64,000 bases of DNA from the human T2T-CHM13v2.0 reference genome, Homo sapiens (GCF_009914755.1 NC_060938.1), one strand, 5' to 3'; positions 27,991-46,020 are shown, counted from the stretch's first letter. Translations and numbers: made by a program. Notes: a model not told the origin generated them from the letters alone.

Positions 27991-28924
27991 CTAAGTAAAT
28001 TCATTTTCTTTATTCTCTCTAATCCAGCAAAACTCATTTAGCTTCTAATAAAATTAGTACACTTGCCTTGCTTACACAGCTACAGATTTTTTTGTAACTT
28101 TGATTAAAAACTATCTGGGCAATATAGAAAAATCCCTCTGAAATAGGAATAATAGTAGATGTTCAGGGAATACTGAACTCACCATTTCAGACTCATTTAT
28201 TATGGATCAAACAATAGTTCCTAAATGTAACAACTGTCAGGCCACCATAGACAACCAGAGAGTAAAACTCTATGCTATCTTTAGAAGCCCCCAGCTACCT
28301 CTTAGTGCCCATCTTTTCCCAACTTCTTACTTGCTACCATCACTCTAAGCCCCCTTCTCACAGGACCTACCCCATTGCTTAAGGCATCACACCCTCCTAG
28401 TTGGTGCAGTTGCCCATCTAATACAAAGGCTAACTTAGTCACTAAAAGATTCTCTGGAGGGGAGCTGTCTTAGGCACTAAGCCACAATCTCAAGTGAGTG
28501 CAATGCTATCTATGCCAACCTTGGAACACTCGTCACTTCTCCATGTTTCTCAGAAATTTTAAACCCAGCTTGGAAAGAAGCAGAGGAAGAAAGAAAGTGA
28601 GGGAGGTTCTACAAGAAACACAGCCAGAGACTGCTGATGATGCACAGTCACTCAGAGGTTCCCAGAAGGAAAATGAAGCCTTTTTTGTGACATGATTTTT
28701 CAAAATCTATAGTTACAAAGACTAAAACTTCAGCTGAATACAAATGACTAAGGAGAAATCAGATAGGTCTGTGTTAAAAGATGCAAAGCTGGACAAGGGT
28801 CAACACCAACACACAACTTTATGTTCTCAAGGAGCAGAACACCAACTTGGAAAAGATAGTAGGACTGACTTATTTTGCCGCTGAAATTTTGGTTTGCTTT
28901 TATTTTCTATCTCTAAAAATTGAT

Positions 28925-29130
28925 TTTTTTTTTTTTGAGACAGAGTCTCTCACTCTGTCACCCAGGCTGGAGTGCAGTGACGTAATCACAGCTCACTGCA
29001 GCCTTGACCTCTCAGGCTCAAGCAATCCTCCCACCTTAGCTTCCAGAGTAGCTGGGATCACAGATATGTGCCAACACACCTGGCTCATTTTTTTGTACAG
29101 ACAGGGTCTTGCTATGGTTCCCAGGCTGGA
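28925..29130 (-). mobile_element. AluJ, 5'-truncated
   Basis: 'cacagctcactgcagccttgacc' and 'ggctcaagcaatcctccc'. Confidence 0.9.
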
Positions 29131-29284
29131 AAACTGCTATTTTTATAGATTCAAGGAACAACTGAAAGTATAACATATTTCACAAATTATGTAGCTGATG
29201 ACACATGTCTTTGTCGCTTCTATTTTGTTTCTATTTTTTTCCTATGTTAAGTTAGGAAAAGGCACATTTCCCCCCACCATCTCC

Positions 29285-29288
<4 letters not shown>

Positions 29289-29328
<40 letters not shown>
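29289..29328. repeat. (CA)n microsatellite, about 20 units
   Basis: Seen directly in the sequence. Confidence 0.98.
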
Positions 29329-29330
<2 letters not shown>

Positions 29331-30095
29331 TATAATTATGATCTGATCTGATGATTGATAATAGCATGAGATGTATCTTTCAGGATATTTGTAAATTCTT
29401 TGATTGCATCTTTAAAAAACAACTTTAAAGCACAAAATAAGAAAACTACAATGATAAGACTTCAGCTATGTAGCAATCCATTATTTCGATACAGAGATTT
29501 TCCTATGACCTTGAATTTATAAAATGCAAAGATTACCTTACCTATTTATAAGTCTAGCTTTATCAGCTACAGAAGAAAAAAAAGGAATAAGAAAATACAA
29601 CAAGTCCTCTCTTACTATGATGAAAAACTGAATTTCTTTTGTTTATGGCTCTTCTCTGTTTATTTTGTACTAGAAACACATTTAAATGACCCAGGAATCT
29701 TTGCTTTTCCGTGGTGATACCTGCAAGCCATTTCTCCAATCATAAGCACCAGCATGTAAAAGAAGCAACAAATACAGAATATAACTTACATCACTTTTTC
29801 TATTTATCTATAAAGTTAGTGTTACTATTATGCTTACTTAAATATGGAAGCATTAGGATAATACTTAAAATAATACTGAAATTTTATTAAAATACCAGTA
29901 AGATTGATCCGAGATACAAAGACTGAAGTGGCCGGCACTGCCAATAACCTAAATAGTTTGGGGTCCTGAGAATGATCCCTATGGAATAGCCAGGAGCTTC
30001 TCATAACTTCTGAGAAATCATGTCTTAATATGTCTTCTGGCTGATTCTCAAAAAAATTCATTTTTGCTTCTAAATCTTTGTTCATACAGTTCCCT

Positions 30096-30598
30096 TGTGG
30101 TGGGTTTAAAAACATTACCACAAATTTTTCCTCTCTCGGTATGCAAATCCCTTCGTGGTAAGACTTTACTGCTTCTCCCACTAAAAGATGGAATCTATTT
30201 CCTTGAGTCTTCCCTAGCTTTGTAAATTCCTTTGACCAATAGGATGTGGCAGAGATGAGATTATGCAACTTCCAGAGCTAGACCTTCAGAAGACTTGAAG
30301 TTTTTGCCTTTACTCTCTTAGGATGCTGCCTTGAAATCATCACCCTGAAGAAGTCTGGGTTGTACTGAGGGACAACAAGAGAGCAAGAATAGCGAAGTCT
30401 AGTTATTCTTGTAGTCCCCACTGAACCTAGCTCCCAACTAATGCATCAGCTAAATGTAGCTGCCTGAGGAAACCCAAGCTAAATGAGCAGAAGAACCAAT
30501 TGCTCAGTCAACCCAGAGGATCATGAGAAATGATGAATGGGTGTGGATTTAGGTCACTTTGGAGTCATTTCTTAGACAGCAATAAACAACCGATGCAT
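30096..30598 (+). mobile_element. MLT1 (ERVL-MaLR) solo LTR
   Basis: TGTGGT start, 'tttgaccaataggatgtggcaga', and a 'gcaataaacaaccgatgca' end. Confidence 0.75.
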
Positions 30599-33500
30599 CT
30601 TTCTCCCATGAAAGCCCTCCGTTTTGCTCCATCCTTCCTAAGTCCCAGACACTCTTCAGGGCCTATTATTTTCTTCATGAAACCTCTTCTGGTTATCCCG
30701 GGTCAAGAAATTTTTCTTTCTATTCTTCTACAGAACCTAGCAACATACCACTGTTTAAAATATTAATCATTCATCTTGCTTTATAGTCTTTAACGTGTGT
30801 TGACATATCTTCTATAAATCTAATGAGGTCCTTACATCTCTCTATAATTGACAGCATAGTTCTGGACACATAACTATGCTATATTTACATCAAAGATACA
30901 AATGGAATTAAACTTAAATATTCTCCTTGTGTAGCAAAGTAAACAGCAAGTGCACAAGAACCACCATCCCAGTTTAAATATGACTGAGAATACTTTTAAA
31001 GTACTCTGACATGCCAGTCTGAAGAGATGGAAGACAAAAAACAAACCATTAAGAGGGATGAAATCACAAGGCTATGGCTAATCACAAGGTGAAAATTATC
31101 TCCTAATCTCTTCCAAGAATATTAAAACCTGGGAACATCAATTGTTGAAACCTGGCAGTTTATGAAAAATATATTATAAGCCATAGTATATAAAGACTTC
31201 CTCAGAAATTAATCAAGAAGAGATGCCTCTACCAAGTATAGATTAAAAGTTCAAATGGGTTTACCATTTAGTGCAATTATTTCATTTCTTAGAGACTATA
31301 CTATGGTATTATAAAAATAATACATAAAAATATTCACTGAAATTTTATATGCTATATAAGAAAAACAGTAAAATGTTTCAAAATGAAGATTAGGTGATAC
31401 AAACATTGGCACCTTAATACAGTTGTAAACCAGGCAGCCATTAAGGTAATGATGGGGATCTCTAGGCACAGATCTGAAAAGATTAATGGCATATTTTTGT
31501 CTAAAAATTTACTTAATTTGTATGTATACTTTTTTATATGTATCTGAATGTGAGGGTGAATGATTTATGGGCACCTCTTGAGTATACAATTACCTCTTAT
31601 ACTCATGGCCTCCTTTCTATTTACATCCCAAAGTATGGTCTTATCATTCCATAGGTTACCATAATGCTTTCCTAATTGTTCTCCTTACTTCTATTCTCTG
31701 TTATAATACCATCTGTACATGACCAAGAGGCAAAATTCCTAGAAACATGACTAAGGGGATGCTTACAAAATGTTAACGTTGTTACTTTTGAGCAATAGGA
31801 TTTGTGGGGTTCTTTTGCTTTAAAGAAGCAAATTTTTTAAAAAGTGTATAAAGACTTTTCTGTATTAATTGATTATTTTACAATAACCCTGAATAATTTT
31901 TAGATAAAGAATAGGTACTTATATTTTTCAGAAAAGTAGAAACTATAATTCTCTGTAAAGAGCAATTAGGTCAATTTCCAATTTGGAGAATATCACTCTT
32001 CTCCAAACTGGTTTTCACATTCATCTGAATGAACATAAAGTATAAAAACACAGCTCTAGAACCTGAAACCACTGTTTTCTTTTCTTGCTGGGACTGTACA
32101 CAGACTAAGCTGACCTGAGGCTTTAAAATGGATAGTGAATTTTGCAAATTATATGACTGAGCTGAACCAAGTATGCCCAAAGAAGAAAAGATGAGTTGGT
32201 CAAGGTGGAAGGAATTTTATTTGATGGAGCAGTCCAAAATTTGCAAACTGTACTCTCTTGGAACACTGTAATTCTCTGTGATGGTAACAGATGTTTATCT
32301 AAAAAAGTAGTTTCTGGATCAAATAAGTTTCATTAATGTTGCATATTAATTCTTCCTCTTGGAGAGTCCCAATTCACATTAGCATGTCACAATGCATATT
32401 AGCATATCAAAAGCTCTGAGAGGCTTTGCAGTAAGACACCATTTTTCATGCTTGTTTGTTTTTAGAACCTTTTTTGTTCATTAAAAATCTATGAATATTT
32501 TGCAGATCACCATGGAAAACTGTTTTACAATCCCTGCAGTAGGCAGGAAGGAGCAGGTCCTGGCATTGGGGCACATGAGAGGCTGTTGCCACAATCCCAG
32601 GAGGCTAATACAGGCAGCAACAGAGGAGCCTATTTTAGCAAATCTAAAAACAGGTGTTTACTACACCAACCAGTGTCACAGACTGAAAACGAGATGGAAC
32701 TAGTCATGAAAGGCCATGCCTACTTACAAGAAAAGCAAGAGTAGGAGTGCTAGGTGGTAAGGCCCAACTTCAATTTCACCAAAAAAATAACCTAGGTAGT
32801 GACAGAGAGCAAGGTGAAGGACAGTCTACGTGAGTTGGCAGGGCTTGATGTTTTCTTTACAAGGCTTGTTGGGTTTAGACACAGACTCTCTGTATTCCCT
32901 GCCACTGTGTTCCGTGGGTCTTAAAGCAGAATTTTTTTAATTGAGTCTTAAGTCAGTGTCTGGTGAATAAGGGTAAAATGCTATTTAAAAAAAAAAAAAA
33001 AAGCTTATTCTTGCAGTTTTAGACAAGTTGGACTGGAGTGGGAAAGAGACTGAAGACAGGTAAACAAGCTACCAGATTGGTCGCCATCTCCATGAGGAAA
33101 GAAATGAAGATAATCTGGAATCGCACAGGTATAGCAGATGAAGAGAGAAATAAGTAAACCAATAGAAATGAGGAAGAATCACAGGACAGAGTGGCTAAAC
33201 TTAAGTCAGAGGACTCTAACACAGCTACATTCTTGCAGACCTGGAGGGCCCGGGGGCTATCTGCGCTGTCTTGGCACTCTGCATATTCAGTCTGTACTCT
33301 CTTCCTTTATGTTGACTGGTTCCTTTCTAATTCTTTTTTTCAAATCCCTTCAGTTGTGTACTTTTGACTGCCCTACATAAAGTGCAAATGTATTGAAGAC
33401 AAGAAAACATATTTTCGAGGAATTGTGTATTTCCTAGAGCTACCTTGTGCATTGCTTAGAGCAATAGATTAACTGATGTAAAGTTAATTGTTGGTAAGCA

Positions 33501-36055
33501 AGCACTGCAAGTTATTTTATATATGATGGGGTACTTCACTGACTTATTTTAAAGACAATATTCCATCCTATGTAAAACAAGATTGGATCTTTTAAAGAGC
33601 AATCATCAATTGATTATCATATACTTGACAATCATCATCGTCATCTAACTAGAACAAATCCATGTGATGACATATGAAGACAGGAAAACTCCATCATCTG
33701 GAAACTTAAGAAGCAGAATATATTACTCTACTTATTATACTTCCTAGGAACTGGGATTTGGAGAAACGTTGAGTGTTGTGCCTATAGAATGTTTCTATCT
33801 TCAGCCTATTCATTAGAAGCTGGCCGAAAAGTAACCTTAGTTAATTGCTTATGATGAATGGAATCAATAAAAACCTGCAAGGTTCACAAAAATGGCACTG
33901 GTTTAATAGGTTTCAAAGAGTGTAAGTTTTGACTTGATAAAATTATCCCCACCTTTCTAATTTTCAAGACTGTGTACCCCATGAAACACTGTATCCTATG
34001 AAAGACTGTAAGACACATTACTGAATTTCTTCTCTTACTGTCTACCACATTACTAAGTTTTATTCTTTTCTAGCAACACTTGGTACCAAATGTTCACCTT
34101 TTCAATAAATCATTACTGCCAAGGCTTGACATGTATGGAATAAAGCCATATCAAGTTCATTCTACCGGGCACATCATTGTGGCAGAAATGTCAACTATAA
34201 TAAGCATGTGATGAAAAAGATCTTCAGGGCTCCTGTCAGGTACTACATAACCTGACAGTAGGTTAAAACTGAACATTTACATGAAGAGGTTGCATGACTG
34301 AGGCTGACAGCTGTCATTAACAATATGAAGAAGAAGAAATATGCCAGCTAAGTGTCCCAGCTTTCACTTTACAGGTGCTTTCAAGTTCCCATTTAATCCT
34401 TCTGACAAATATGGGAGGGGCATTCCTTTCCATTTACAGATCAGAAATTGGTCACTTCTCCTCATCCACATTACCACTGCCCTGGTCTAGGTACTCCTCT
34501 CTCAGCTAAATTACTGGAACAGCCTCCTAATTGATACTCTTGCAAACAATCATGTCCTGATAGTAAGAACTGAGTAATATTAAGGTTTCCTAGGGAAACA
34601 AAGCCTCCTGCAACTCAGTATTTTAACAGTAACCAACTTTTACTTATAGTTCTGTAGGGTAAATGTGGATCTACCATTTACCCAGGAGTGATGCCCCAAA
34701 TGGGATACAGCTTGCTTCCACCCGCAACTTATTCATCTCCCCATGGTTATCAGCAAAGAGGAGAGGATCAGAGGGCCACACAGAACACTTCCTCCCACCT
34801 CTCACTGGCAGAGCCCCGTCATGTGGCCCCAACCCACAGCATGGGAGGCTGCAAAAGGTAGAGAAGCACATAGATACGTGATAAGTAAAAATAGCCTCTG
34901 CCGCACCAAGGTTCAGTGCAGTCAGGCGGATTGGCTAAAACACAAATCTGCTCATGTCACTCCCCTTCTGAATCTCCTACAATGGCTTCCTAACACCCAC
35001 AGGTTTAATCTCTACCTTCATCTTCTGATACTTCACACCCCAAAACTCAAGCTCCACAAACATTCAACCACTGGCTTCTTATACACTATGCAGTTTTTAA
35101 CATTTGCTAATGTTTTTCCAAAAAATCATAATTATGACCAATTCTTAACTACATCCACAGCTACCATCCATGCTCAACCCATCTCTTCCCTATACCTCTA
35201 CAATAGCCTCCTAACTAGTTCTTTATTTTGATCTTTACAATATATTCTCAACACAGCAGCTAGTACATTACTTTAAAATAACATCAGATCATGTCACTGA
35301 CCTGCTGAAAAGTTTCCAGGGGCTCTTATCACAAGTAGAATAAAACCAAAGGCTGCACAATCTTCATCTCCAAATTCATCTCTAACCCTCTCTTCCTCCT
35401 CACCAGGCACTGGCCCCATGGATTCCTGTGCCCACTTGGCACCCTCCTGCTGCAGGAGCTATGCATTTTCTGCTCCTGACACATAGAACATGCTTACATG
35501 GTTCCCACCTTAACTTCATTCAGGTCTCCTAAATGTCACCGTCTAAAACAGAAACCCCCTTATGCCATGCACATAACCTGCTTTATTGTTCTTCACAACA
35601 CTTACCCCTACCTGACATTGGATTGTGAATATGCTTGTTGTCTGTATAACCTGACGCTCTCTCCAAAATGTAAACTCCTTGAGATCCGGCTGTTCTCTGT
35701 CAAATTGAATATAATATTCCCAGGACTTGGTGCAATCAATGCAGAATGAACAAATCAATCATTGAGTGAGGGGGTAAATCCTGACCCTCTATGCCTGGAA
35801 GGCACTTTATCTGATGTCATGTGGTAGCTAGTCTATCCTGCAGCTTCCCTGAGGATTTACTCAAGCCTTCCACATTCTTCCCACCAGGAACTTGCCCAGT
35901 CCCAGTGTGATTCCTCTCCTGTGCCCTCAGGTCTCTTACTACAGTGTCTGACATGCTGCAGACATTCAACAATTTTACTCAATTCATAAATTCTCCAAGG
36001 CAACAGGCCAAATGGCAAGTAGGTAATAAGTTAGGTAACAAGAGATGCAAACCTA

Positions 36056-36094
36056 TTAGGTTGGTGCAAAAGTAATTGCTGTTTTTGCCATTAC
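36056..36094 (+). mobile_element. MADE1 (Hsmar1-derived MITE), left half
   Basis: ta|ttaggttggtgcaaaagtaattgctgtttttgccattac. Confidence 0.92.
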
Positions 36095-36194
36095 CTTCAT
36101 TTAATTCATATTTATCTTTGGTCTATTTTTGGATTTTCTTTATGGTCTCATGATCATTCTGTTTCTGAGCAATTATCACATTGTGCTTTTAAAA

Positions 36195-37624
36195 TTTTTT
36201 AATTTAATTTTATTTTTATTATACTTTAAGTTCTGGGACATATGTGCTGAACGTGCAGGTTTGTTACACAGGTATACACGTGCCATAGTGATTTGCTGCA
36301 CCCATCAACCTGTTATCTACATGTTATCCCTCCCCTATCCCCCTACCCGCTGACAGGCCCTGGTGTGTGATGTTCCCCTCCCTGTGTCCATGTGTTCTCA
36401 TTGTTCAACTCCTACTTAAGAGCGAGAACATGCAGTGTTTGGTTTTCTGTTCCTGTGTTATTTTGCTGAGAATGATGGTTTCCAGCTTCATCCATGTCCC
36501 TGCAAAGGACATGAACTCATCCTTTTTTATGGCTGCATAGTATTCCATGATGTATATGTGCCACATTTTCTTTATCCAGTCTATCACTGATGGGCATTTG
36601 GGTTGGTTCGAAGTCTTTGTTATTGTTAACAGTGCTGCAATAAACATACGTGTGCATGTGTCTTTATAGTAGAATGATTTATAATCCTTTTGGTATGTAC
36701 CCAGTAATGGGATTGCTTGGTCAAATGGTATTTCTGGTTCCAGATCCTTGAGGAATCACCACACTGTCTTCCACAATGGTTGAACTAATTTACACTCCCA
36801 CCAACAGTGTAAAAGCATTCCTATTTCTCCACATCCCCTCCAGCATCTGTTATTTCCTTACTTTTTAATGATCGCCATTCTAACTGGCATGAGATGGTAT
36901 CTCATTGTGGTTTTGATTTGCATTTCTCTAATGACCAGTGATGACTAGCTTTTTTTCATGTTTTTTGGCCATATAAATGTCTTCTTTTGAGAAGTGTCTG
37001 TTCATATCCTTTGCCTACTTTTTGATGGGGTTTTTTTTTTTCTTGTAAATCTGTTTAAGTTCTTTGTAGATTCTGGATATTAACCCTTTGTCAGATGGAT
37101 AGATTGCAAAAATTTTCTCCCATTCAGTACGTTGCTTGTTCACTCTGATGATAGTTTCTTTTGCCGTGCAGAAGCTCTTTTAAATAGATCTCATTTGTCA
37201 ATTTTGGCTTTTGTTGCCATTGCTTTTGGTGTTTCAGTCATGAAGTTTTTATCCATGCCTATGTCCTGAATGGTATTGCCTAGGTTTTCTTCTAGGGTTT
37301 TTATTATTTTAGGTCTTGGAGGCATCACACTACCTGACTTCAAACTATACTACAAGGCTGCAGTAACTGAAACAGCATGGTACTGGTACCAAAACAGATA
37401 CATAGACCAGCAGAACAGAACAGAGGCCTCAGAAATAACGCCACACATCTACAACCATCTGATCTTTGACAAACCTGACAAAAACAAGCAATGGGGAAAG
37501 GATTCCCTATTTAATCAATGGTGTTGGGAAAACTGGCTAGCCATATGCAGAAAACTGAAACTGGGCCCCTTCCTTACATCTTATACAAAAATTAACTCAA
37601 GATTAATTGAAGATTTAAACGTAA
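36195..37624 (-). mobile_element. 5'-truncated, 5'-inverted L1PA (about PA7/8): 36195-37317 antisense, 37317-37624 inverted
   Basis: Antisense 3'UTR and ORF2 end, then plus-strand ORF2 ([12 protein letters not shown]...). The two parts abut in L1 coordinates at AAACGTAA/GACCTAAA. Confidence 0.93.
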
Positions 37625-37673
37625 TGTCATTACTTTTAATGGCAAAACCATGATTACTTTTGCACCAACTGAA
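37625..37673 (+). mobile_element. MADE1, right half
   Basis: tgtcattacttttaatggcaaaaccatgattacttttgcaccaactgaa|ta. Confidence 0.9.
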
Positions 37674-40078
37674 TACATCTATAGTTTCTATGTCCATGGC
37701 TACTTCGAGTGTATGCTACAGCCACTGCAAAAGAGACCTTTTAGGAAGTAAGTAAATTTCTTTTCTTTATAAGTCTCCCAACAAGCTTACCATTTTGGCC
37801 AATTAATCAAATACTCAGTGTCACATCTGCTTAGGACAAGTTACATACAAATTAGCCTCCACTGGTTTCTTTGACACACATACATGGAAACACTTCTGTA
37901 AATATTCTCATGCATTTCATAAAGTGATGGTAATTTTTTTTGACTGCTTGGAGCAATCACATGTAAAGAATTTCTCCTAAAAATGGATATTTTACCTGCT
38001 ATATATACAAATGTCATGACTTCTTCATCTGAAGAATCAAGTTCTTATATTTAAATGTGAGTAGTAATGAATCATTTGATTAGAAGCTTATGTGTCCAAA
38101 GTAGTCATGTCCTAATGGCATGGCACAGAAGGAAAGTCAAGTCCTCTGAGTAGTGGCAGATCACACACATAAAAATAGGTAATAATTTTTTTAACTTAAA
38201 AAAGTCTAAGTTTTATTCTATTTATAAATCTAGTTATTTTTCTAGCCTTCAGATGTAAAATAAAAGCAAGGCAGTGAGTATCTTTTATAGGATAATGCAT
38301 GGAAACCTTTAACCACTGGAAAATATAAGGCATAGTTTTAATACAAAGTATTTTGGAAAATATTATGCTCACAATTTAATAATAATACATGTACAGTCAT
38401 TATTATATATAACTTTTATAAACTCACTTAACCTTAAAAAAAACTCTCTGGCATAGGTCTATTATCATTTCTACTTTAGAGATGATGAAATTAAAGGTGG
38501 AGAGGATAGGTTGCTTGTTCAAGGTCAAACCGCTAGTAAGTTATGAAGTCAAGATTCCAACACAGGTATTCTGACCCCAAATCCTGTGTTTTGAATCATT
38601 GTCTAAAACTGCCTCTCAATAAACACTTTAAAATTGTTCCCATTAGCCATAAGATCTTAAAATAGGCTCTCTCTGTTTATATAACATATCAGTGAAAACT
38701 GTTTTCACTGCAATTGAACATCCACTTGTGAAGAAAATGAAAAGTCAAACATGTCAAGCTCTTGTCTTCAGATTTTTTGATTGGCTTATTGGGTATTATT
38801 CAATATTGATTATCATCTGTGTACCAGACTCTTTGTGAGATGCTAAAATACAATGGTATAAAAGATCACATCTATCCCCAGGGAAACCGTAGTTAATAGT
38901 AGCCAGTTAAACAATTTCTGTTCAGTGTCACAAATGCTACATAGGGTGCTATAAGACGAACTCACTGGAGGGGCACCAAACCCAATACTGGGGGTTTAAG
39001 AAAAGCTTCCCAGAGGAGCAATTTCCAAGTACTTGCTAAAGTTGTTTGGTGGGGCTCCAACATCATAACAGCTAAAATTTGTATTAAGCTATATCGATTG
39101 AAAGACAGTTCAATTACTTCTCCATTAATATGAGATAATAAAACTCTCCTTGTGGAAAACAAGGAAATGTCTCATTTACAGTTTCATTTAGAGATATGTC
39201 TAAAACAATAGAGTTGGGTTGGAAATTTAGGATGTAGTTCTGACACCACCACACATTAGCTGTGTTGATTCTGGGGAATGAGGAATTGAAATGAATAGAA
39301 AGCCCTAAGCATTAGGCAAGAAAATGTGCATTATAGCTTGTTATGATATGTGAGAAGAGGGGGACAAGGACATAAGCAAAGGATGTGGAAGGACATATAT
39401 GCTTCCATGTGCATCAGTGTGTAAGAGATGGGCTGTACAAGCAGTGTGGTAGGCAAGGATTGGTTTAGGGTGGCTCTGCCTACATATCTCAGAAGAAGAC
39501 TAATCAGAATCAGGAAGAATAGGTAATTTGTATGAAAATCTCAGACTGAGTCATTGTTTGTGTTCAGTGGCATCCCTAAGGTCAGTGAATCCAATGCTCT
39601 GATCCCATTAAATTCCTTTTTCTAAGAAATCCTGTTATCATCTCTCTCACCCTTCTCCCTTTTGAATAGTAAATTTCTCCCTTCAATGGGAATTTTCTAA
39701 TCAGCAGTTAAGCATATACAAGCTTCTTCCAGCTTATTGAAAAGAAAAAAAATCCTCTTTGATTCTTTCACAATTTCATTTCCTGGTCATTCATTCATTG
39801 ATTCTACAAATATTCATTTGGTTTCTACTACGTGTCAGATGCACAGATAACACAGAGATGAAAAAATAGTCTCAGTCCATGCCCAATGCTGGTGGTTTTA
39901 ATCACTCTATGGTATTATTTTAAAAAAGAGAATCTCTATGATACCTAATTCAACATTTTCCCTAAAGATGGTTCTGGCAAATGTTAAGGAGCAAGAATTA
40001 AAGTATTACATTGAAATATCTATGCCAAATAATAAAAGAAATGAAGGAAGATACAACTTATCTTTAAATTCCTACTCT

Positions 40079-40354
<276 letters not shown>

Positions 40355-40532
40355 CTACTCTTAGCTCAGTGCACACTGTATAAGGGCACTGAATGAATAG
40401 AAATTTGTGATGTTGACATATAGAAAAGTTCTAAGAACTTGCCTTCTACTAACTGACAGAGGTAGTGACAAATAGATGAGGACCTTGGAGTATGGTGAGA
40501 TGGCAGTGGAAATGACAGAAAAAAGAAGAGAA

Positions 40533-40881
<349 letters not shown>

Positions 40882-41904
40882 TTATATACCCTCAAGTGTA
40901 AAAATTAATTTGTTTTAAGCTATTAAAAAAGGAATGACAGTTTCAAAATAATGATAATTTAAAAATAGAGGATACATGAAGGACAGCTCTTTATATTGTT
41001 ACCAATGCATAGGTCTAGAATGTGGCTCTTGAGTGAAAGAAGTGATTTTTGTAATTGTTTCAGGTATTAGGCAGACAAATTCATATGATTTATCTGAAAA
41101 TAAGAACAATATATAAATCAGATTCAAGCATGTGTCAATATATTATACCCACTTGAGCACTGAATAAAAATGAGTTGTCCTACTGGCTAGATCACAGACA
41201 TTACATATGGGAAGTATAATTGTAAATTATCTAATGCTTTGAATTATATAGCGTTTGAAGGCATTTAAGAAATCAAACAATTATTTTTTTTACTTACCTG
41301 AAAAGATTTATAGAAGAAAATAATACAATTCCCTATCTGTTTATTATACATGCCCAAAAATCCTCCTCAATATTTTTCCCCGCAATGAAAGGAACAAAGT
41401 GGTCTAGAAATAACAAGAAATGATAACAGCCCTTAGAATCTACAAGCCTCAAGGGGTGACTGTCACCAGTCTGCTGCTGACAGACACAAAGTGATGTCTG
41501 TGAATGCATGGCTCAATTGATGGTCCATGCTCCAAGGACTGATCTGGGTCTAGTTTTGCTATTTTTAATTATGATCCCAGGCTTGCAACATGACATCATA
41601 TTTTCGGGGTCTCAATATGCACTAACTCTTAAGCATGCAGGAGACCTGAAACTCCTGAGGCTAATGATAAAAATAATTTATATTTAAAACAAGTAAACAT
41701 ATCCTCCCACAGAAGAAAGAACTGAACATGGACTAAAGTTTACCTCCTGGACTTTCATTCCCAAAGAAGTGAGGTTTTTGCGGGACACTTTGTATATCTG
41801 TTTACTACTACAGAAGATTTTAACTTCACAAGGAAACTCATAATAAAAGGAATGTAGCATCTTGTGTATAAACGTGTGTTTCTTAAAAATGGCTCATAAT
41901 ATTG

Positions 41905-43384
<1,480 letters not shown>

Positions 43385-43475
43385 GGCCAGGCGCAGTGGC
43401 TCATGCCTGTAATCCTAGCACTTTGGGAGGCCGAGGCAAGTGGATCACGAGGTCAGGAGATTAAGACCAGCCTGG
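43385..43475 (+). mobile_element. Alu left-monomer fragment, 3'-truncated
   Basis: ggccaggcgcagtggctc...gaccagcctgg, then an abrupt end. Confidence 0.92.
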
Positions 43476-43537
43476 TGTTAGAAATTGTCAATGTTACGTT
43501 GTTGATTAGGTTTTATTGCCTTCCTTTAAGAAATGTT

Positions 43538-43836
<299 letters not shown>

Positions 43837-44556
43837 CTAGATGTTGATGGAAGTATCTTCAGAGTCATAAAGGGAATCTCTGAGAAACTAATAGTTGATA
43901 ACATATTTAATAGTGAAAGACTTAAGATGTTACCCTAAGATTCAAAGTAAATAATGCATACTCACTCTCACCACTTCTATTATATATTTTGTTGAAATTT
44001 TATCCAGTGCAATAATGCAGGAAAAAGAAATAAGACACACCAATTAGAAAGGTGACGTATAGTTTACATGGAAAGGATATGATTGCACAAATAGAAAATG
44101 TTTAATAAATCTATCAAAAGCAATATGAACAATACAAGTGAATATAGTCATATAGAAAGACACAAAAAGAACAAACAAAAATCCAGTTTTATTTCTATAC
44201 ACTACCAACAAATAGTTGAAAAGTTAGAAAAACTGACATTTTTAAAAAATCAAGTAGCAGAAAAATGTAAGGATAAATTTAACTGAATATGTATAAATCC
44301 TGGACAATAAAATCCACAAAACCTCACATACTATATAGCGACCTTTATCAAGACAACAGGGTATTGCCATAAGGGTAAATATGTAATCAGTGAAACAGAA
44401 TAGAGTCCAGAAATAGAAGCACACCTGTTTGGTCAATTGATTTTGCTGAAGTATGAATAATTAAATAGAGAAAAGACAGTAGTCCACAATAAATGGAGGT
44501 AGAACAACAGGATCTCCACATAAAACAAAAAGAATACTGATTCTTACTTCACATTA

Positions 44557-46020
<1,464 letters not shown>

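Noticed and set aside
29834-30268. 144-aa ORF
   Set aside because: It overlaps an MLT1 LTR, has no recognisable domain, and is likely chance.
33258-33285. Possible REST/RE1 site (gcgctgtc)
   Set aside because: Only a partial half-site; the other half is absent.
34657-34683. Near-palindrome gggtaaatg...catttaccc
   Set aside because: Too short for a structured RNA call; it lies at the edge of a decayed LTR-like sequence.
34743-35231. 162-aa ORF
   Set aside because: It runs through decayed MLT/L2-like sequence with no recognisable homology.
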